Positions 34,250 to 43,389 of a stretch of 64,000 nucleotides of DNA are shown piece after piece. Positions within the stretch are counted from its first letter, which is position 1. Each line of letters opens with the position of its first letter. A model generated the notes under the pieces. That model had not been told where the DNA came from. It saw only the letters and a list, made by a program, of their open reading frames with translations, and did not search any database. The DNA lies in sequence record LC739533.1; one strand, written 5' to 3'. Made by a program: the position numbers and the translations under genes. Source of the DNA: Escherichia phage phiWec179.

Positions 34250-34609
34250 TTAGATCCCTTCGCCTTTAGTGATGATAGCTTCCATCACCACAGCTTTCTT
34301 CTTACGTTGAACATCTTGACGGATCAGGAGGCTACCACCTTGATCATCCTTATACTGCTTCATGATGATGAAGTTGTTGCCACACACAGCGCCGATAGCC
34401 ACGTATGGGCGATTAGAATTATCCACATCCGCAGATGGGGTTACATCCGTGCAAGTAAAGAACTTGCCATCAGGATCAGTATAAGCAAAGTGGCCTTTAG
34501 CAGTTACTGCAACTTCTCCGGTGCTTGTGGACTGTGCAGCCACAAACGGTGCAGCAGATGCTACGAAACTTGCAGACAGCAGGGCTACAGCTAAAATAAT
34601 CTTTTTCAT
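34250..34609 (-). CDS. secreted protein
   Basis: signal-peptide-like MKKIILAVALLSASFVASA. Confidence 0.5.
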   Translation of the reverse strand: MKKIILAVALLSASFVASAAPFVAAQSTSTGEVAVTAKGHFAYTDPDGKFFTCTDVTPSADVDNSNRPYVAIGAVCGNNFIIMKQYKDDQGGSLLIRQDVQRKKKAVVMEAIITKGEGI

Positions 34610-34619
34610 GGTGATCTCC

Positions 34620-34781
34620 TCTTATTCCAACAACATACACAATGCAGCTACAACCAAGAACAGAGTAGCCACGCTTAAAGCGATAAACATTCCTAATTGA
34701 GAATGAAATTCGCCTATGATAGGTGCAGACAACGCACTTAGCAAACAACCTGTCAAACTTGCTTTGATAATAAGATCTAAC
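34620..34781 (-). CDS. small membrane protein (53 aa)
   Basis: AGGAGG + ATG; two hydrophobic segments; below ORF-track cutoff. Confidence 0.35.
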
Positions 34782-34791
34782 ATATTACCTC

Positions 34792-35043
34792 CTACAATTC
34801 CACAATAGTTTTATCTAAGTGGTGTGCCTCAACTTGAGATAAGGTTAGCACTTCAACCAAACCTCTGTCAATACCTAATTTGATCACTTGCAAATAATCA
34901 CCGAAAAGATCAGAGATTTCAATCTGGTGTTCAGTAACCACCACGACCTCGTTACCCTTGGTATACTCTCTCCAGATTCGTCCACACTTATAAATGAAAT
35001 CTTTCTGGTCTTCACTGATCATCTTAGGCTTAACGCTTAACAT
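34792..35043 (-). CDS. hypothetical protein
   Basis: 83 aa. Confidence 0.45.
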   Translation of the reverse strand: MLSVKPKMISEDQKDFIYKCGRIWREYTKGNEVVVVTEHQIEISDLFGDYLQVIKLGIDRGLVEVLTLSQVEAHHLDKTIVEL

Positions 35044-35411
35044 TACATACTCCCGTAGTCTGGTTCAATATGGTGTTTACGACAAATAGCATCCCAACGT
35101 TCACTACCGAAACCCCGTCCGTGTAGTGCATCGTATGCGAAATGTTCTGCCAACCACAATACTACACCATCTGGTTCAGTGTCAAGCGGAATTCGAAATT
35201 CTCGATCATAACGCATACGGAGAACAAACTCATTACCGTCTTCCAGGAGATGCATGTGACTTTTCGCTCGTGATGCCAAGTCAAAGAAAGGTGCCTCGTC
35301 TTTCCAAACCTGGCGCTCAACCTCAATACCGTGATCAACTACCAGGGTAGCAATCACATCTTTCATTTCTTTACTAAACATATTCCCTCCTAATAATGTT
35401 TTAAAGTCCAC
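35043..35411 (-). CDS. hypothetical protein
   Basis: 122 aa. Confidence 0.5.
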   Translation of the reverse strand: MDFKTLLGGNMFSKEMKDVIATLVVDHGIEVERQVWKDEAPFFDLASRAKSHMHLLEDGNEFVLRMRYDREFRIPLDTEPDGVVLWLAEHFAYDALHGRGFGSERWDAICRKHHIEPDYGSM

Positions 35412-35635
35412 TCAATACCTGACGGGTAACTGCCTCGACAAATCTTACCATCGGAATGCCAGTTAATGCTATCAGGGAAAGTATGATTTAGTGTTTTTTC
35501 ATGAGGAAGCCATTCTGTAGGCTTCTCTCCACCATTGATCCATACAAAACCTTCGTCTTCCAGTAAACCTAAAGCAAACTCCATCTCTTCTGCATCGTGA
35601 ACCGTTACTTTCTGACCTTTCTGTAATTTAATCAT
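35390..35635 (-). CDS. hypothetical protein
   Basis: 81 aa. Confidence 0.45.
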   Translation of the reverse strand: MIKLQKGQKVTVHDAEEMEFALGLLEDEGFVWINGGEKPTEWLPHEKTLNHTFPDSINWHSDGKICRGSYPSGIEWTLKHY

Positions 35636-35644
35636 ATTACCCCC

Positions 35645-35830
35645 TTAACCAATTAGTTGGACTGCCTTGCAGATGTAAATCCAAACAGGACTAAGCATAA
35701 GTGCTACAATACTGGGGTAAATCCCTTTTGGCTCTATCTCAATTATTGATAAGATTAAGGTGACAGCACTGATAAACATATAAGCTCCCAAGAAAGCCAG
35801 CGTCAAGAATTCAGACATAATTAGCTCCAC
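35645..35830 (-). CDS. small membrane protein
   Basis: hydrophobic FLTLAFLGAYMFISAVTLILSI. Confidence 0.4.
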   Translation of the reverse strand: MELIMSEFLTLAFLGAYMFISAVTLILSIIEIEPKGIYPSIVALMLSPVWIYICKAVQLIG

Positions 35831-36153
35831 AAGTTATGAAAATATTCAGCAAACAGGCAACGACCTTCGATTTTATCCGTTTTGGTCATAACGGATTCAG
35901 GTTTAAAACCTTCAATCATTTGATCAATAATGGATAACCACTCCACTGTAGCTTCCCGCTCCTGCTCTTCTGTTAGTTTACGGTAATCTGACACATATTT
36001 AGCCCAAATCTTAGATGGGATAAGGATATCCCCTCGTTCCACAATACGTGCCTTGAACGCGTACAGTCCAGCACAGATAATCGCGGAGAACGTATCATCC
36101 AGGTCTTGCAGATCTTCTACGCCAAATTGTAATTCATCATGGATAATTTTCAT
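35821..36153 (-). CDS. hypothetical protein
   Basis: 110 aa. Confidence 0.5.
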   Translation of the reverse strand: MKIIHDELQFGVEDLQDLDDTFSAIICAGLYAFKARIVERGDILIPSKIWAKYVSDYRKLTEEQEREATVEWLSIIDQMIEGFKPESVMTKTDKIEGRCLFAEYFHNLWS

Positions 36154-36437
36154 TTTGTTTCTCCCCGCTCTGCGTCTAATTTCAATAAGAAGGCTGCATA
36201 CTCTTCCGAACCTTTGTGTAAGAACATACGATAAGAACTCACCAGTTTCTTCGTTGTTGTATAACGCTCCATTCCGCCGACAACCCCTGTACCGAGAGTG
36301 TAGAGAACAACACCTTCAACCCCAACATGGGTTACGACTTCAACCATGTCCGTGTTATCCCAGTGATATTTAGGGGATACAATAAGATCGCCAACTGCTA
36401 ATTTGATGTTTGCCGCTTCGTCTTGTGAATAGTACAT
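36150..36437 (-). CDS. hypothetical protein
   Basis: GAGAGGAGAACAAA + ATG; first gene of leftward unit. Confidence 0.5.
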   Translation of the reverse strand: MYYSQDEAANIKLAVGDLIVSPKYHWDNTDMVEVVTHVGVEGVVLYTLGTGVVGGMERYTTTKKLVSSYRMFLHKGSEEYAAFLLKLDAERGETK

Positions 36438-36482
36438 TTTGTTCTCCTCTCACATTAGGACACGTTTTGTGTCGATGGGTGT

Positions 36483-36511
36483 AGATTACGTGAGCACAAA
36501 GGGGTTGTCAA
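36483..36511 (-). promoter_or_regulatory. sigma70-like promoter (leftward)
   Basis: minus strand TTGACA-N17-TAATCT, back-to-back with rightward promoter. Confidence 0.45.
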
Positions 36512-36516
36512 CTACT

Positions 36517-36545
36517 TATTGACAAAAATTTCTAAACGTTGTAAA
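36517..36545 (+). promoter_or_regulatory. sigma70-like promoter (rightward)
   Basis: TTGACA-N17-TAAATT, 27 nt before AAGGAGG + ATG of 36572. Confidence 0.5.
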
Positions 36546-36571
36546 TTAAAAACATCTACAAAGGAGGAAAC

Positions 36572-37525
36572 ATGAAATACGAAGATTTTAAACAAATAGT
36601 TAAAGACGATGTGGTATTTGAGAACTTACAGGAAGGTTGTGAAGTCTTAGGTTGGACAGAAAGAGATAGAAACTTTGCAAAAATATACGTAATACGTTGT
36701 AGTGTTTGTGCCAAAGACCCCGAAATGTATGGAGATGGTCTTTTTACAGCTACAAAAGGGCGTTTAGTGAAAGGTCAGAAATGTTGCGCGTGCGCTGTAT
36801 CCTTTAAATACAGTCAAAACCAACACCTAATTCTGCTAAACAGGCATTTAAGTGTCGCAGGGTACAGCATAGTTTCTATTGGTGCTTGGGAGTGTTCTAA
36901 GACGAGAATAGAGTTTAGTTGTGAGAATGGACACACGAAGAACAGAACCCTGGCTCAAGCAAAGGTAGTAGAACCTTGTAAACAGTGTCTTGAAGAAGGC
37001 TGTACAAAACACAAACAAGATGAGGCAGAGGCAAAAATTATGAAGATAATAGAAGATAAATGTTTACCTTATGTATTTGTAGGGTGGGATACTTCTTACA
37101 AGAATGTAACTTCAAAATTCAACCTCATCTGTTCGGATCACGGTTTAAAAACAATAAGATACGCTTGTTTCCTAAATGGTCATTTTTGTAACGAGTGTTC
37201 TGGTAGAAATTGCCTAAGTCTTTATTTATTAGGAGTTTATGATAGAGACTTGTTGGTAGGTTTAAAATTTGGCATCTCTCAGAGTCCAGTAAGAAGGGTT
37301 CAACAGTTAAATAAAAGGAACTTATTTAAATGTAAAATACTACAGATTTGGACTTTTACATCACATGATCAAGCTGTACGGATGGAAACATTATTAAAGA
37401 ACACATTGCGAACTGGAATATTTACTAAAAGAGAGATGAAAGATGGTCATACAGAAACCACAGAAGTTACTAATTTAGAAACCATAATGGACCTTATGAC
37501 CTCATCTCATGGATTGGTTAGTTAA
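36572..37525 (+). CDS. zinc-ribbon repeat + T5orf172 (GIY-YIG-like) domain protein, homing-endonuclease-like
   Basis: CSVCAKDP..CCAC, CKQCLEEGC, CNECSG cysteine pairs; C-terminal LKFGISQSPVRRVQQL...EMKDGHTETTEV. Confidence 0.5.
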   Translation: MKYEDFKQIVKDDVVFENLQEGCEVLGWTERDRNFAKIYVIRCSVCAKDPEMYGDGLFTATKGRLVKGQKCCACAVSFKYSQNQHLILLNRHLSVAGYSIVSIGAWECSKTRIEFSCENGHTKNRTLAQAKVVEPCKQCLEEGCTKHKQDEAEAKIMKIIEDKCLPYVFVGWDTSYKNVTSKFNLICSDHGLKTIRYACFLNGHFCNECSGRNCLSLYLLGVYDRDLLVGLKFGISQSPVRRVQQLNKRNLFKCKILQIWTFTSHDQAVRMETLLKNTLRTGIFTKREMKDGHTETTEVTNLETIMDLMTSSHGLVS

Positions 37526-37820
37526 CAAAAACCTTAACATTTCCGATGTTCTTGCTGACTTCTTGTGAGAACATTGAAAGTACCTTGTCAAGCAGTTTTA
37601 CTAATTCATTTGTAATTTGTTCCTCTGAACGAGAAGAAGTAAGTACCTTACTCTCACCAACGATGTGCATCACCTTGATAGGAGCATTCAGGATAACATT
37701 GTGCTTTTCATCTTCTTCGAAAGATGCTAACCACTTCTCATTATTCCCGTGCAAAGCCACGATAACACCAAAACCGTTAATAGTTTGTGAAATGTTCTTA
37801 GTTGCTAATGTAATGTTCAT
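37518..37820 (-). CDS. hypothetical protein (lone minus-strand gene)
   Basis: AGAGAGG + ATG; own promoter TTGACC-N16-TACAAT at 37849..37876. Confidence 0.45.
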   Translation of the reverse strand: MNITLATKNISQTINGFGVIVALHGNNEKWLASFEEDEKHNVILNAPIKVMHIVGESKVLTSSRSEEQITNELVKLLDKVLSMFSQEVSKNIGNVKVFVN

Positions 37821-37848
37821 TGTTCACCTCTCTTAATAATGTAGGGCT

Positions 37849-37876
37849 ATTGTACACTAAAAATATTTCAGGTCAA
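37849..37876 (-). promoter_or_regulatory. sigma70-like promoter
   Basis: minus strand TTGACC-N16-TACAAT. Confidence 0.4.
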
Positions 37877-37879
37877 GTG

Positions 37880-37907
37880 TTGACAAGCTTTTTGGTTCTG
37901 TTATGAT
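37880..37907 (+). promoter_or_regulatory. sigma70-like promoter
   Basis: TTGACA-N16-TATGAT upstream of 37938. Confidence 0.45.
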
Positions 37908-37937
37908 TAGCTCATACTAAATGAGAGGAGAAAACAA

Positions 37938-38375
37938 ATGCAAAACATCAAACTGACTTGGACCGAAGCTAAAGAAGCAATGAAGGAAGGTAGACGTGTT
38001 AAACACGAGTATTTCTGTGGTGGGGAATGGTTTGAGATGCAATATGGTGTTATTCTGGACGAACATGGTTATAATATGACTGATTGGTATCGTGACGAAG
38101 CTTGGCAGGATGATGGTTGGTCTGTGGTTGAGAAAGAAGGTAATGAGGAAGAAGGACTGTTGTCTAATGTAGAGCGCGAAATGCGGGAAACAAAGGTGCC
38201 CGAACTGGACTACCATCACCTGGAACTTCTTGTGGCAGCATCTTTCGCTACTGGAGATACAATGTGGCAAACTCCGGTGTCCCGTGTCGATAACCAAAAT
38301 AAACCGTCTGCCCGTAATCACAAGCTTTACAAAGGTAAAGGTCATAACAAACTGAAGAAAGGAAAGAAGAAATGA
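37938..38375 (+). CDS. hypothetical protein
   Basis: GAGAGGAG + ATG; 145 aa, Lys-rich C-terminus. Confidence 0.5.
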   Translation: MQNIKLTWTEAKEAMKEGRRVKHEYFCGGEWFEMQYGVILDEHGYNMTDWYRDEAWQDDGWSVVEKEGNEEEGLLSNVEREMRETKVPELDYHHLELLVAASFATGDTMWQTPVSRVDNQNKPSARNHKLYKGKGHNKLKKGKKK

Positions 38376-38518
38376 TCTACAAAAACAAGTTCACTGGTTG
38401 TCTACGTAAGTTTGTCGATAAAAAAGGTTATGTTTCGCTTGACAACGGGACTACATGGGTGCAGAATGGGACTTCAGAACAATTGATCAAGGCTCTGCCT
38501 TACTACGAGGAGGTTTAA
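38372..38518 (+). CDS. small protein (48 aa)
   Basis: ATGA overlap with upstream stop; stop overlaps next ATG; below ORF-track cutoff. Confidence 0.35.
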   Translation: MIYKNKFTGCLRKFVDKKGYVSLDNGTTWVQNGTSEQLIKALPYYEEV

Positions 38519-38842
38519 ATGTCCAACAATCTGTTTAGCGTGTCAATCGCACCGCGTGTTAATATTCGCTGTCAGTTTGTTACCTTGCCAGGCGTGACAC
38601 ACATTACTTTAGAGTATGATCCTCGTTCACGAGAGAACCCAATTACAGGCAAGATTGATTCAGCCTACGGCGACTTCCTAATGGATCACCAAGCGATCTT
38701 ATGTTGTGTGCAACGCTTACAGGCAGGGTCTTTATACATCTTTAAGAAGTCTGTGTTCCAAGAGATTGCTCAAGCAGTTGAAAGCGGTATGGAGACTCTT
38801 AACGCTATGATTGAAGCAGCCAACAAGAAGGAGGTTTTATGA
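38519..38842 (+). CDS. hypothetical protein
   Basis: 107 aa; translationally coupled chain. Confidence 0.5.
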   Translation: MSNNLFSVSIAPRVNIRCQFVTLPGVTHITLEYDPRSRENPITGKIDSAYGDFLMDHQAILCCVQRLQAGSLYIFKKSVFQEIAQAVESGMETLNAMIEAANKKEVL

Positions 38843-39096
38843 CACTCTATCACGTAACCACTGAAGGCGATACCGAAGGTCGTACTACAAAAGACTTAGG
38901 GTATGTTGAAGCAGATTCGCCTGAACATGCAATCAAGTATCTGCACTCTATAGGGAAGTATGCAGGGTATAAATATGACATTCAAGAAGTTGAAGTCAAC
39001 CCTGTACAAGTGGCAACACCTATGGTAGAGTTGCAGTATCTTAAAGCCAAGGTTACACCTGGGCCTTTGGGCGGTTATAAGGGAGAGGTAAAATGA
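38839..39096 (+). CDS. hypothetical protein
   Basis: 85 aa; ATGA overlap. Confidence 0.5.
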   Translation: MTLYHVTTEGDTEGRTTKDLGYVEADSPEHAIKYLHSIGKYAGYKYDIQEVEVNPVQVATPMVELQYLKAKVTPGPLGGYKGEVK

Positions 39097-39302
39097 GCGG
39101 TTGGATTAAGGTATCTGGCACCGAAGATGTTCCTGTAGGAGAGTGGCTTGTCATCATGGCAGACGGCAAGAAGGGCTTCTGTGAGGTGCACAAAGCCGCA
39201 AAAGGGACAATAGCAGTCATTAACCGTTTATTTTACTTTGACTGTGAACCTGTAATAGCGTATCATGCATTACCAACTTATGAAGAGGAGACTAACAAAT
39301 GA
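39093..39302 (+). CDS. hypothetical protein
   Basis: 69 aa; ATGA overlap. Confidence 0.45.
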   Translation: MSGWIKVSGTEDVPVGEWLVIMADGKKGFCEVHKAAKGTIAVINRLFYFDCEPVIAYHALPTYEEETNK

Positions 39303-39595
39303 GCCTTACCACTATGCACAAAACACTGCTCAAACTATTTAACAATCAACGTAATCTTTTGATCGAAGATTTCCGTAGCTTTAAACGTAACAAGGTCAAT
39401 CGTGCCTACATGCCTCATTCAGCCTTTGATGCCACGTTAAAAGAGTTTCGTAACCGTATCTCTGAAATGGATGCTTACATCCGTGGCACAAAGCTTGCAC
39501 GCACAGTAACTATCCAAACAGGATTGTTGCACTTTTATGATGGAACTACCGGATCGATCTACAATCCAGACAGCATAGAGAATTATTTAAAATAG
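39299..39595 (+). CDS. hypothetical protein
   Basis: 98 aa; ATGA overlap. Confidence 0.5.
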   Translation: MSLTTMHKTLLKLFNNQRNLLIEDFRSFKRNKVNRAYMPHSAFDATLKEFRNRISEMDAYIRGTKLARTVTIQTGLLHFYDGTTGSIYNPDSIENYLK

Positions 39596-39604
39596 TTGTT
39601 GACT

Positions 39605-39690
39605 TTGATATACGAAGTATGCTACCCTACCCACGAAGTGCCGAGCGGGAGCGAGGTATAAGTGTTACCCTCCCGTTAGGGTAGAGGGTA
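39605..39690. other. GC-rich palindromic element between operons
   Basis: CTACCCTACCC ... GTTACCCTCCCGTTAGGGTAGAGGGTAG inverted repeats, followed by direct repeats TATCGTTAGAT x2. Confidence 0.35.
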
Positions 39691-39797
39691 GTAATTATAG
39701 TTTCTATCGTTAGATTGTTCGAAGAACAGAAACTTAGATCTTGTTCTTATCGTTAGATGATCGTAAGATCAAGAACATAATATAGAGGAGATAAAGA

Positions 39798-40334
39798 ATG
39801 AAATTGTTAGACTATGCGATGGTTATGGATCTTAGTGTGCTTCGTGACGATGCTCAATACATGACACAGAACCAGGATGGCACCTTAAACCTGTATTCTG
39901 CCTATCCACGTAATCATGGTCCAGTTACAACTTACGGTTGGGGTGATAGCAACTTCCTGGATTACTACCCAGCACCACGTAGCCTGGAAACTGCTGAAGA
40001 TTGGTTCCACTCTATTATCAACTTGCAAGCAATCCGTGACTACCAAGAGAGTGGGTCAGATAGCAACCTGGCAAATACATTGGGAACGTTGAATACCATC
40101 TCTTACAAAGAGAAGCCGCCTAAGCTTTACTTCCTGCGGGATATTCCAGAAGGCACTTTCTTTGTCTATGGCGGTGCTGACGCTTCTGGTGAGCCTCCTA
40201 TCTGGCAGAAAGTAGATGGCGGTTTAGCAGTTATGTTTGATACAGGGATCACTTCTCCGCAAGATACTTTCTCTCAAGATCGTGTGTGGAAAATCTTGAA
40301 AGCGCATCTGACTGTTAGCCCAATCCGAGAATAA
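39798..40334 (+). CDS. hypothetical protein
   Basis: AGAGGAG + ATG; 178 aa. Confidence 0.5.
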   Translation: MKLLDYAMVMDLSVLRDDAQYMTQNQDGTLNLYSAYPRNHGPVTTYGWGDSNFLDYYPAPRSLETAEDWFHSIINLQAIRDYQESGSDSNLANTLGTLNTISYKEKPPKLYFLRDIPEGTFFVYGGADASGEPPIWQKVDGGLAVMFDTGITSPQDTFSQDRVWKILKAHLTVSPIRE

Positions 40335-40412
40335 TCCTAATCTGCAAATAAGTCTTGATCACGAGGTTGTATTCTGATAGAATGCAATCTCACTAAACAA
40401 AAGGAGATTTAA

Positions 40413-40610
40413 ATGGCTACGAAGAAACAAAAAATGAAGTGTCTGTCACTGACTCAACTGGGGCATAGTTCTGGTTGTGTGACGATCGGAAAAACCTACT
40501 CCACCACTTTGAATAAAGAGAACAACAGCTTTACATTCAAAGATGACAATGGTAACATGCAAGTGGGGATTTACCCTGAGTGTGCATTCGGTACTTGGGA
40601 AAAAGTTTAA
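40413..40610 (+). CDS. hypothetical protein
   Basis: AAGGAG + ATG; 65 aa. Confidence 0.45.
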   Translation: MATKKQKMKCLSLTQLGHSSGCVTIGKTYSTTLNKENNSFTFKDDNGNMQVGIYPECAFGTWEKV

Positions 40611-40629
40611 TTAACTGATCGGAGGGAGT

Positions 40630-40803
40630 ATGCAAGACAAGAAAAACAATGTTCGTTATGCTTTGTACGGACGTATGGGCGTAGACTGCGAATGGAGACT
40701 TCTGTTACAGCGTATTCCCTCTTATCAAGAAGCTATGACGAAGAGAGAACATTATAAGAAGACGTGGAGACACGTTGTTTGCAAACATTACGAGGAGGCA
40801 TAA
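40630..40803 (+). CDS. small protein (57 aa)
   Basis: GGAGGGAGT + ATG; stop TAA overlaps next ATG (TAATG); below ORF-track cutoff. Confidence 0.35.
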   Translation: MQDKKNNVRYALYGRMGVDCEWRLLLQRIPSYQEAMTKREHYKKTWRHVVCKHYEEA

Positions 40804-41111
40804 TGAGCACATTATCAACAGCAGTCAAGTTCCACCAGGATTATGAAGAAGCTGTCAAAGATGCTGACAATCCTTCCTCATTAGTGTTTGAGGATCGTAC
40901 AGGTTTGAAGTGGGTTAAATCTTTCGATGAGATCTATTTCTGGTATCCGCAGGGAGCCACAAGCAATAGTTCTCTGTATAGCTACGAACTGGAATACCGT
41001 GGCCCTGTAGACGAAGATGAAAACTTTATCATGTATTTCGTAAATAATGGTTGCGGTGAAACGTTTAATGTTGTATTCTCTAAAGCAGATGAGTCTGACG
41101 AGGAGGTGTAA
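40803..41111 (+). CDS. hypothetical protein (tandem paralog 1)
   Basis: GAGGAGG + ATG at 40803; FIMYFVNNGCGETFNVVF shared with next gene. Confidence 0.5.
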   Translation: MSTLSTAVKFHQDYEEAVKDADNPSSLVFEDRTGLKWVKSFDEIYFWYPQGATSNSSLYSYELEYRGPVDEDENFIMYFVNNGCGETFNVVFSKADESDEEV

Positions 41112-41416
41112 TGCAGTACAATACGACTTTAAGTTTGGCAGTTGCAGCCCACATGCTGTACAATGATTCTGTGAAGGATGAGTTGTCGCCTGTGAGTTTA
41201 GCTTTCTATCTGATAGAAAGGGATTGGATGTTCTCTGGTGAGGACGAAATCTACTACGTAAATTCGCGCGGTTTTATTGAAAGTTTTGAACTTGAACATC
41301 GCGCACCGACAGCAGAAGATGATCGTTTTATTATGTTCTGTGTAAATGATGGTTACGGAGAGGTATATGACGTAGTATTCTTCAAAAACCGACAGAAGAC
41401 TGAAGAGGAATTCTAA
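41111..41416 (+). CDS. hypothetical protein (tandem paralog 2)
   Basis: FIMFCVNDGYGEVYDVVFF; paralog of 40803..41111. Confidence 0.5.
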   Translation: MQYNTTLSLAVAAHMLYNDSVKDELSPVSLAFYLIERDWMFSGEDEIYYVNSRGFIESFELEHRAPTAEDDRFIMFCVNDGYGEVYDVVFFKNRQKTEEEF

Positions 41417-41779
41417 ATGAAAAAGCTACTTTGTGTCCTGATGTTGATGATTGCCACCAATGCTACAGCCGCCCGTGACGGTTTCAAGATTGGGGTGGAA
41501 GGTAGCCAATTCTTCACTTGGTACGGTGGTGAAGCTGTCTACCAGGTGGATGATAAAAAGTATAACTGTAAGTTTGATCGTATAGATCGTGGAGTAGATA
41601 ATTGGGGCGACGCTTATAAAGCAACAGGTTTTTATTGCACCAAAGAAATCTACATTACGGTCAAAGAACCACAAGACAACAGAAAGGTGTTGTTTATTGT
41701 GATAAACCCTGCTAAATTTGAAGAACGTAAAGCTTACTATGCAGATATGTTCATTGAATACAAAAAGGAGGAAAAATGA
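41417..41779 (+). CDS. secreted protein
   Basis: signal-peptide-like MKKLLCVLMLMIATNATAA. Confidence 0.5.
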   Translation: MKKLLCVLMLMIATNATAARDGFKIGVEGSQFFTWYGGEAVYQVDDKKYNCKFDRIDRGVDNWGDAYKATGFYCTKEIYITVKEPQDNRKVLFIVINPAKFEERKAYYADMFIEYKKEEK

Positions 41780-42138
41780 GAGAAACAATCGTAGATGTTG
41801 TTATTAATGGACAACGTTATGTACCTGTTATAGAGAAAGCTGAACCAGACGCTTTAGATGTTGTCTTTGAAGATGATGATCTTGGCACTGTTACTGTGCG
41901 TGAATATTTCAGACGACTACTCTCTACACTTTGGGAAGAAGAAGACAGTTTTAGTGGAAAACGACCTTTTGGTAACTCTTGCTGGCAGTTCGATTTGATT
42001 ATCGGTTTGATCGATGCTGGCTACCTGGAGGGTAAAGTTTATCGTGACGAAGATGGAGGTATAGAAGATACCGACTATGATCGTGAAGAAGCAGATAAAC
42101 TCATTCAAGGTCTAATTTCACGTATGTGTTTGGGGTAA
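41776..42138 (+). CDS. hypothetical protein
   Basis: AAGGAGG + ATG; 120 aa. Confidence 0.5.
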   Translation: MRETIVDVVINGQRYVPVIEKAEPDALDVVFEDDDLGTVTVREYFRRLLSTLWEEEDSFSGKRPFGNSCWQFDLIIGLIDAGYLEGKVYRDEDGGIEDTDYDREEADKLIQGLISRMCLG

Positions 42139-42139
42139 T

Positions 42140-42508
42140 ATGAAAGTCTTGAACTTCTACCATTTAGGTAAAGTTGTTCCCGACACTGCAATATACATTG
42201 GACGCGCGATGCCCCACTTCGGGTTGAAAGCGTCAAAGTTTGCCAACCCGTTCAAACTGAAAGAGGATGAACCAAGAGGTGCTACCATTCAAAGATACAA
42301 AGAGTGGTTGTGGGATCAGATCCGTTCTGGTAAGATAACTCTTGAAGATTTGTTGGAGTTGGAAGGTAAAGATGTAGTCTGCTTTTGCTCGCCCCAGAAA
42401 TGTCATGGAGATGTGCTCGTTGCAGCCGTGGCATGGGCGCGAAGGGAATACGATAGACGTAATCCACCGTTTACGGATGGGTATTGGAACTGGGAGGAAA
42501 ATCTATGA
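42140..42508 (+). CDS. DUF4326-like protein (tentative)
   Basis: IYIGR...FANPF...Y..WL...GKDVVCFCSPQKCHGDVL pattern recalled for DUF4326. Confidence 0.4.
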   Translation: MKVLNFYHLGKVVPDTAIYIGRAMPHFGLKASKFANPFKLKEDEPRGATIQRYKEWLWDQIRSGKITLEDLLELEGKDVVCFCSPQKCHGDVLVAAVAWARREYDRRNPPFTDGYWNWEENL

Positions 42509-42858
42509 AGAATATTATTGCGGTGGATGTATTTGGTGCAAGCGTCTTGCAAGACAAGCAAGCTATGCTGTACCACTATGAAGAAGATAAGCTTACGTAC
42601 ATTTATGTCGGGTCAGAAAAGTATCGTATCTTTGATTTGGCTTTGTTGAAAGAGGGTGATCTCCCTTTAACAGAGAAGCTATATGGCTTCAAATTCAGAC
42701 GAGATGTAAAGCTTGATGGGAAGATTGCAGTGATTCAAGTTGACGCGTATTATATCATTACCTTTGTCACCCCTGTGTTCAGCGATCTGAACGGAGAAGG
42801 TGCTATTAATGATGTGATCGTCCTGAAAGTAGGTAATGCATTGCACGATGTGAAATAA
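42505..42858 (+). CDS. hypothetical protein
   Basis: GGAGG + ATG at 42505 (MKNIIAVDVF). Confidence 0.45.
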   Translation: MKNIIAVDVFGASVLQDKQAMLYHYEEDKLTYIYVGSEKYRIFDLALLKEGDLPLTEKLYGFKFRRDVKLDGKIAVIQVDAYYIITFVTPVFSDLNGEGAINDVIVLKVGNALHDVK

Positions 42859-42869
42859 CAGGAGGTAGT

Positions 42870-43379
42870 ATGTTCTTTGACGTAGATTCCTTATTCGTTG
42901 CCACTGCTGGACAATCTGCGGTTAACGCAGAGTTTGAAGAAAGGGAGGCGTGGATTGATGCTCATAACTATGATCCTACAAACCTAAACTGGTGCTGTAT
43001 GGATATCAAAGGTATGAGCAGGGATAGTGCGTTTAGGGCATACTACGCTGTATATACTCTTGACAATCTTTATCAGTATTTTGTATTCCGTAATATGATT
43101 GTCAACCTTAATCTTGCTGGGAGACTAAAGAACAAAAAAGAGTTTACTTTAGGGCACTACATACCGTTCAAAAAAGGTGGTGAACATTTTCCTTCCAACT
43201 GGACAGTGCAAATAAGAGTTGAAAATAACAACGCAGGTGATACAATACCAAAAGTCAAAACAAAATGGTCATGGGAGAAACAGGAACGTTATATACGTTC
43301 CCATCTCCCACCAAACCTGAGAGAGCCGTATGCGAGTCGGGCCTTTCATTTAATGAATATTGTCAAGAGTTTTTACTAA
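42870..43379 (+). CDS. hypothetical protein
   Basis: AGGAGG + ATG; 169 aa. Confidence 0.5.
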   Translation: MFFDVDSLFVATAGQSAVNAEFEEREAWIDAHNYDPTNLNWCCMDIKGMSRDSAFRAYYAVYTLDNLYQYFVFRNMIVNLNLAGRLKNKKEFTLGHYIPFKKGGEHFPSNWTVQIRVENNNAGDTIPKVKTKWSWEKQERYIRSHLPPNLREPYASRAFHLMNIVKSFY

Positions 43380-43389
43380 GGAGGATTTA

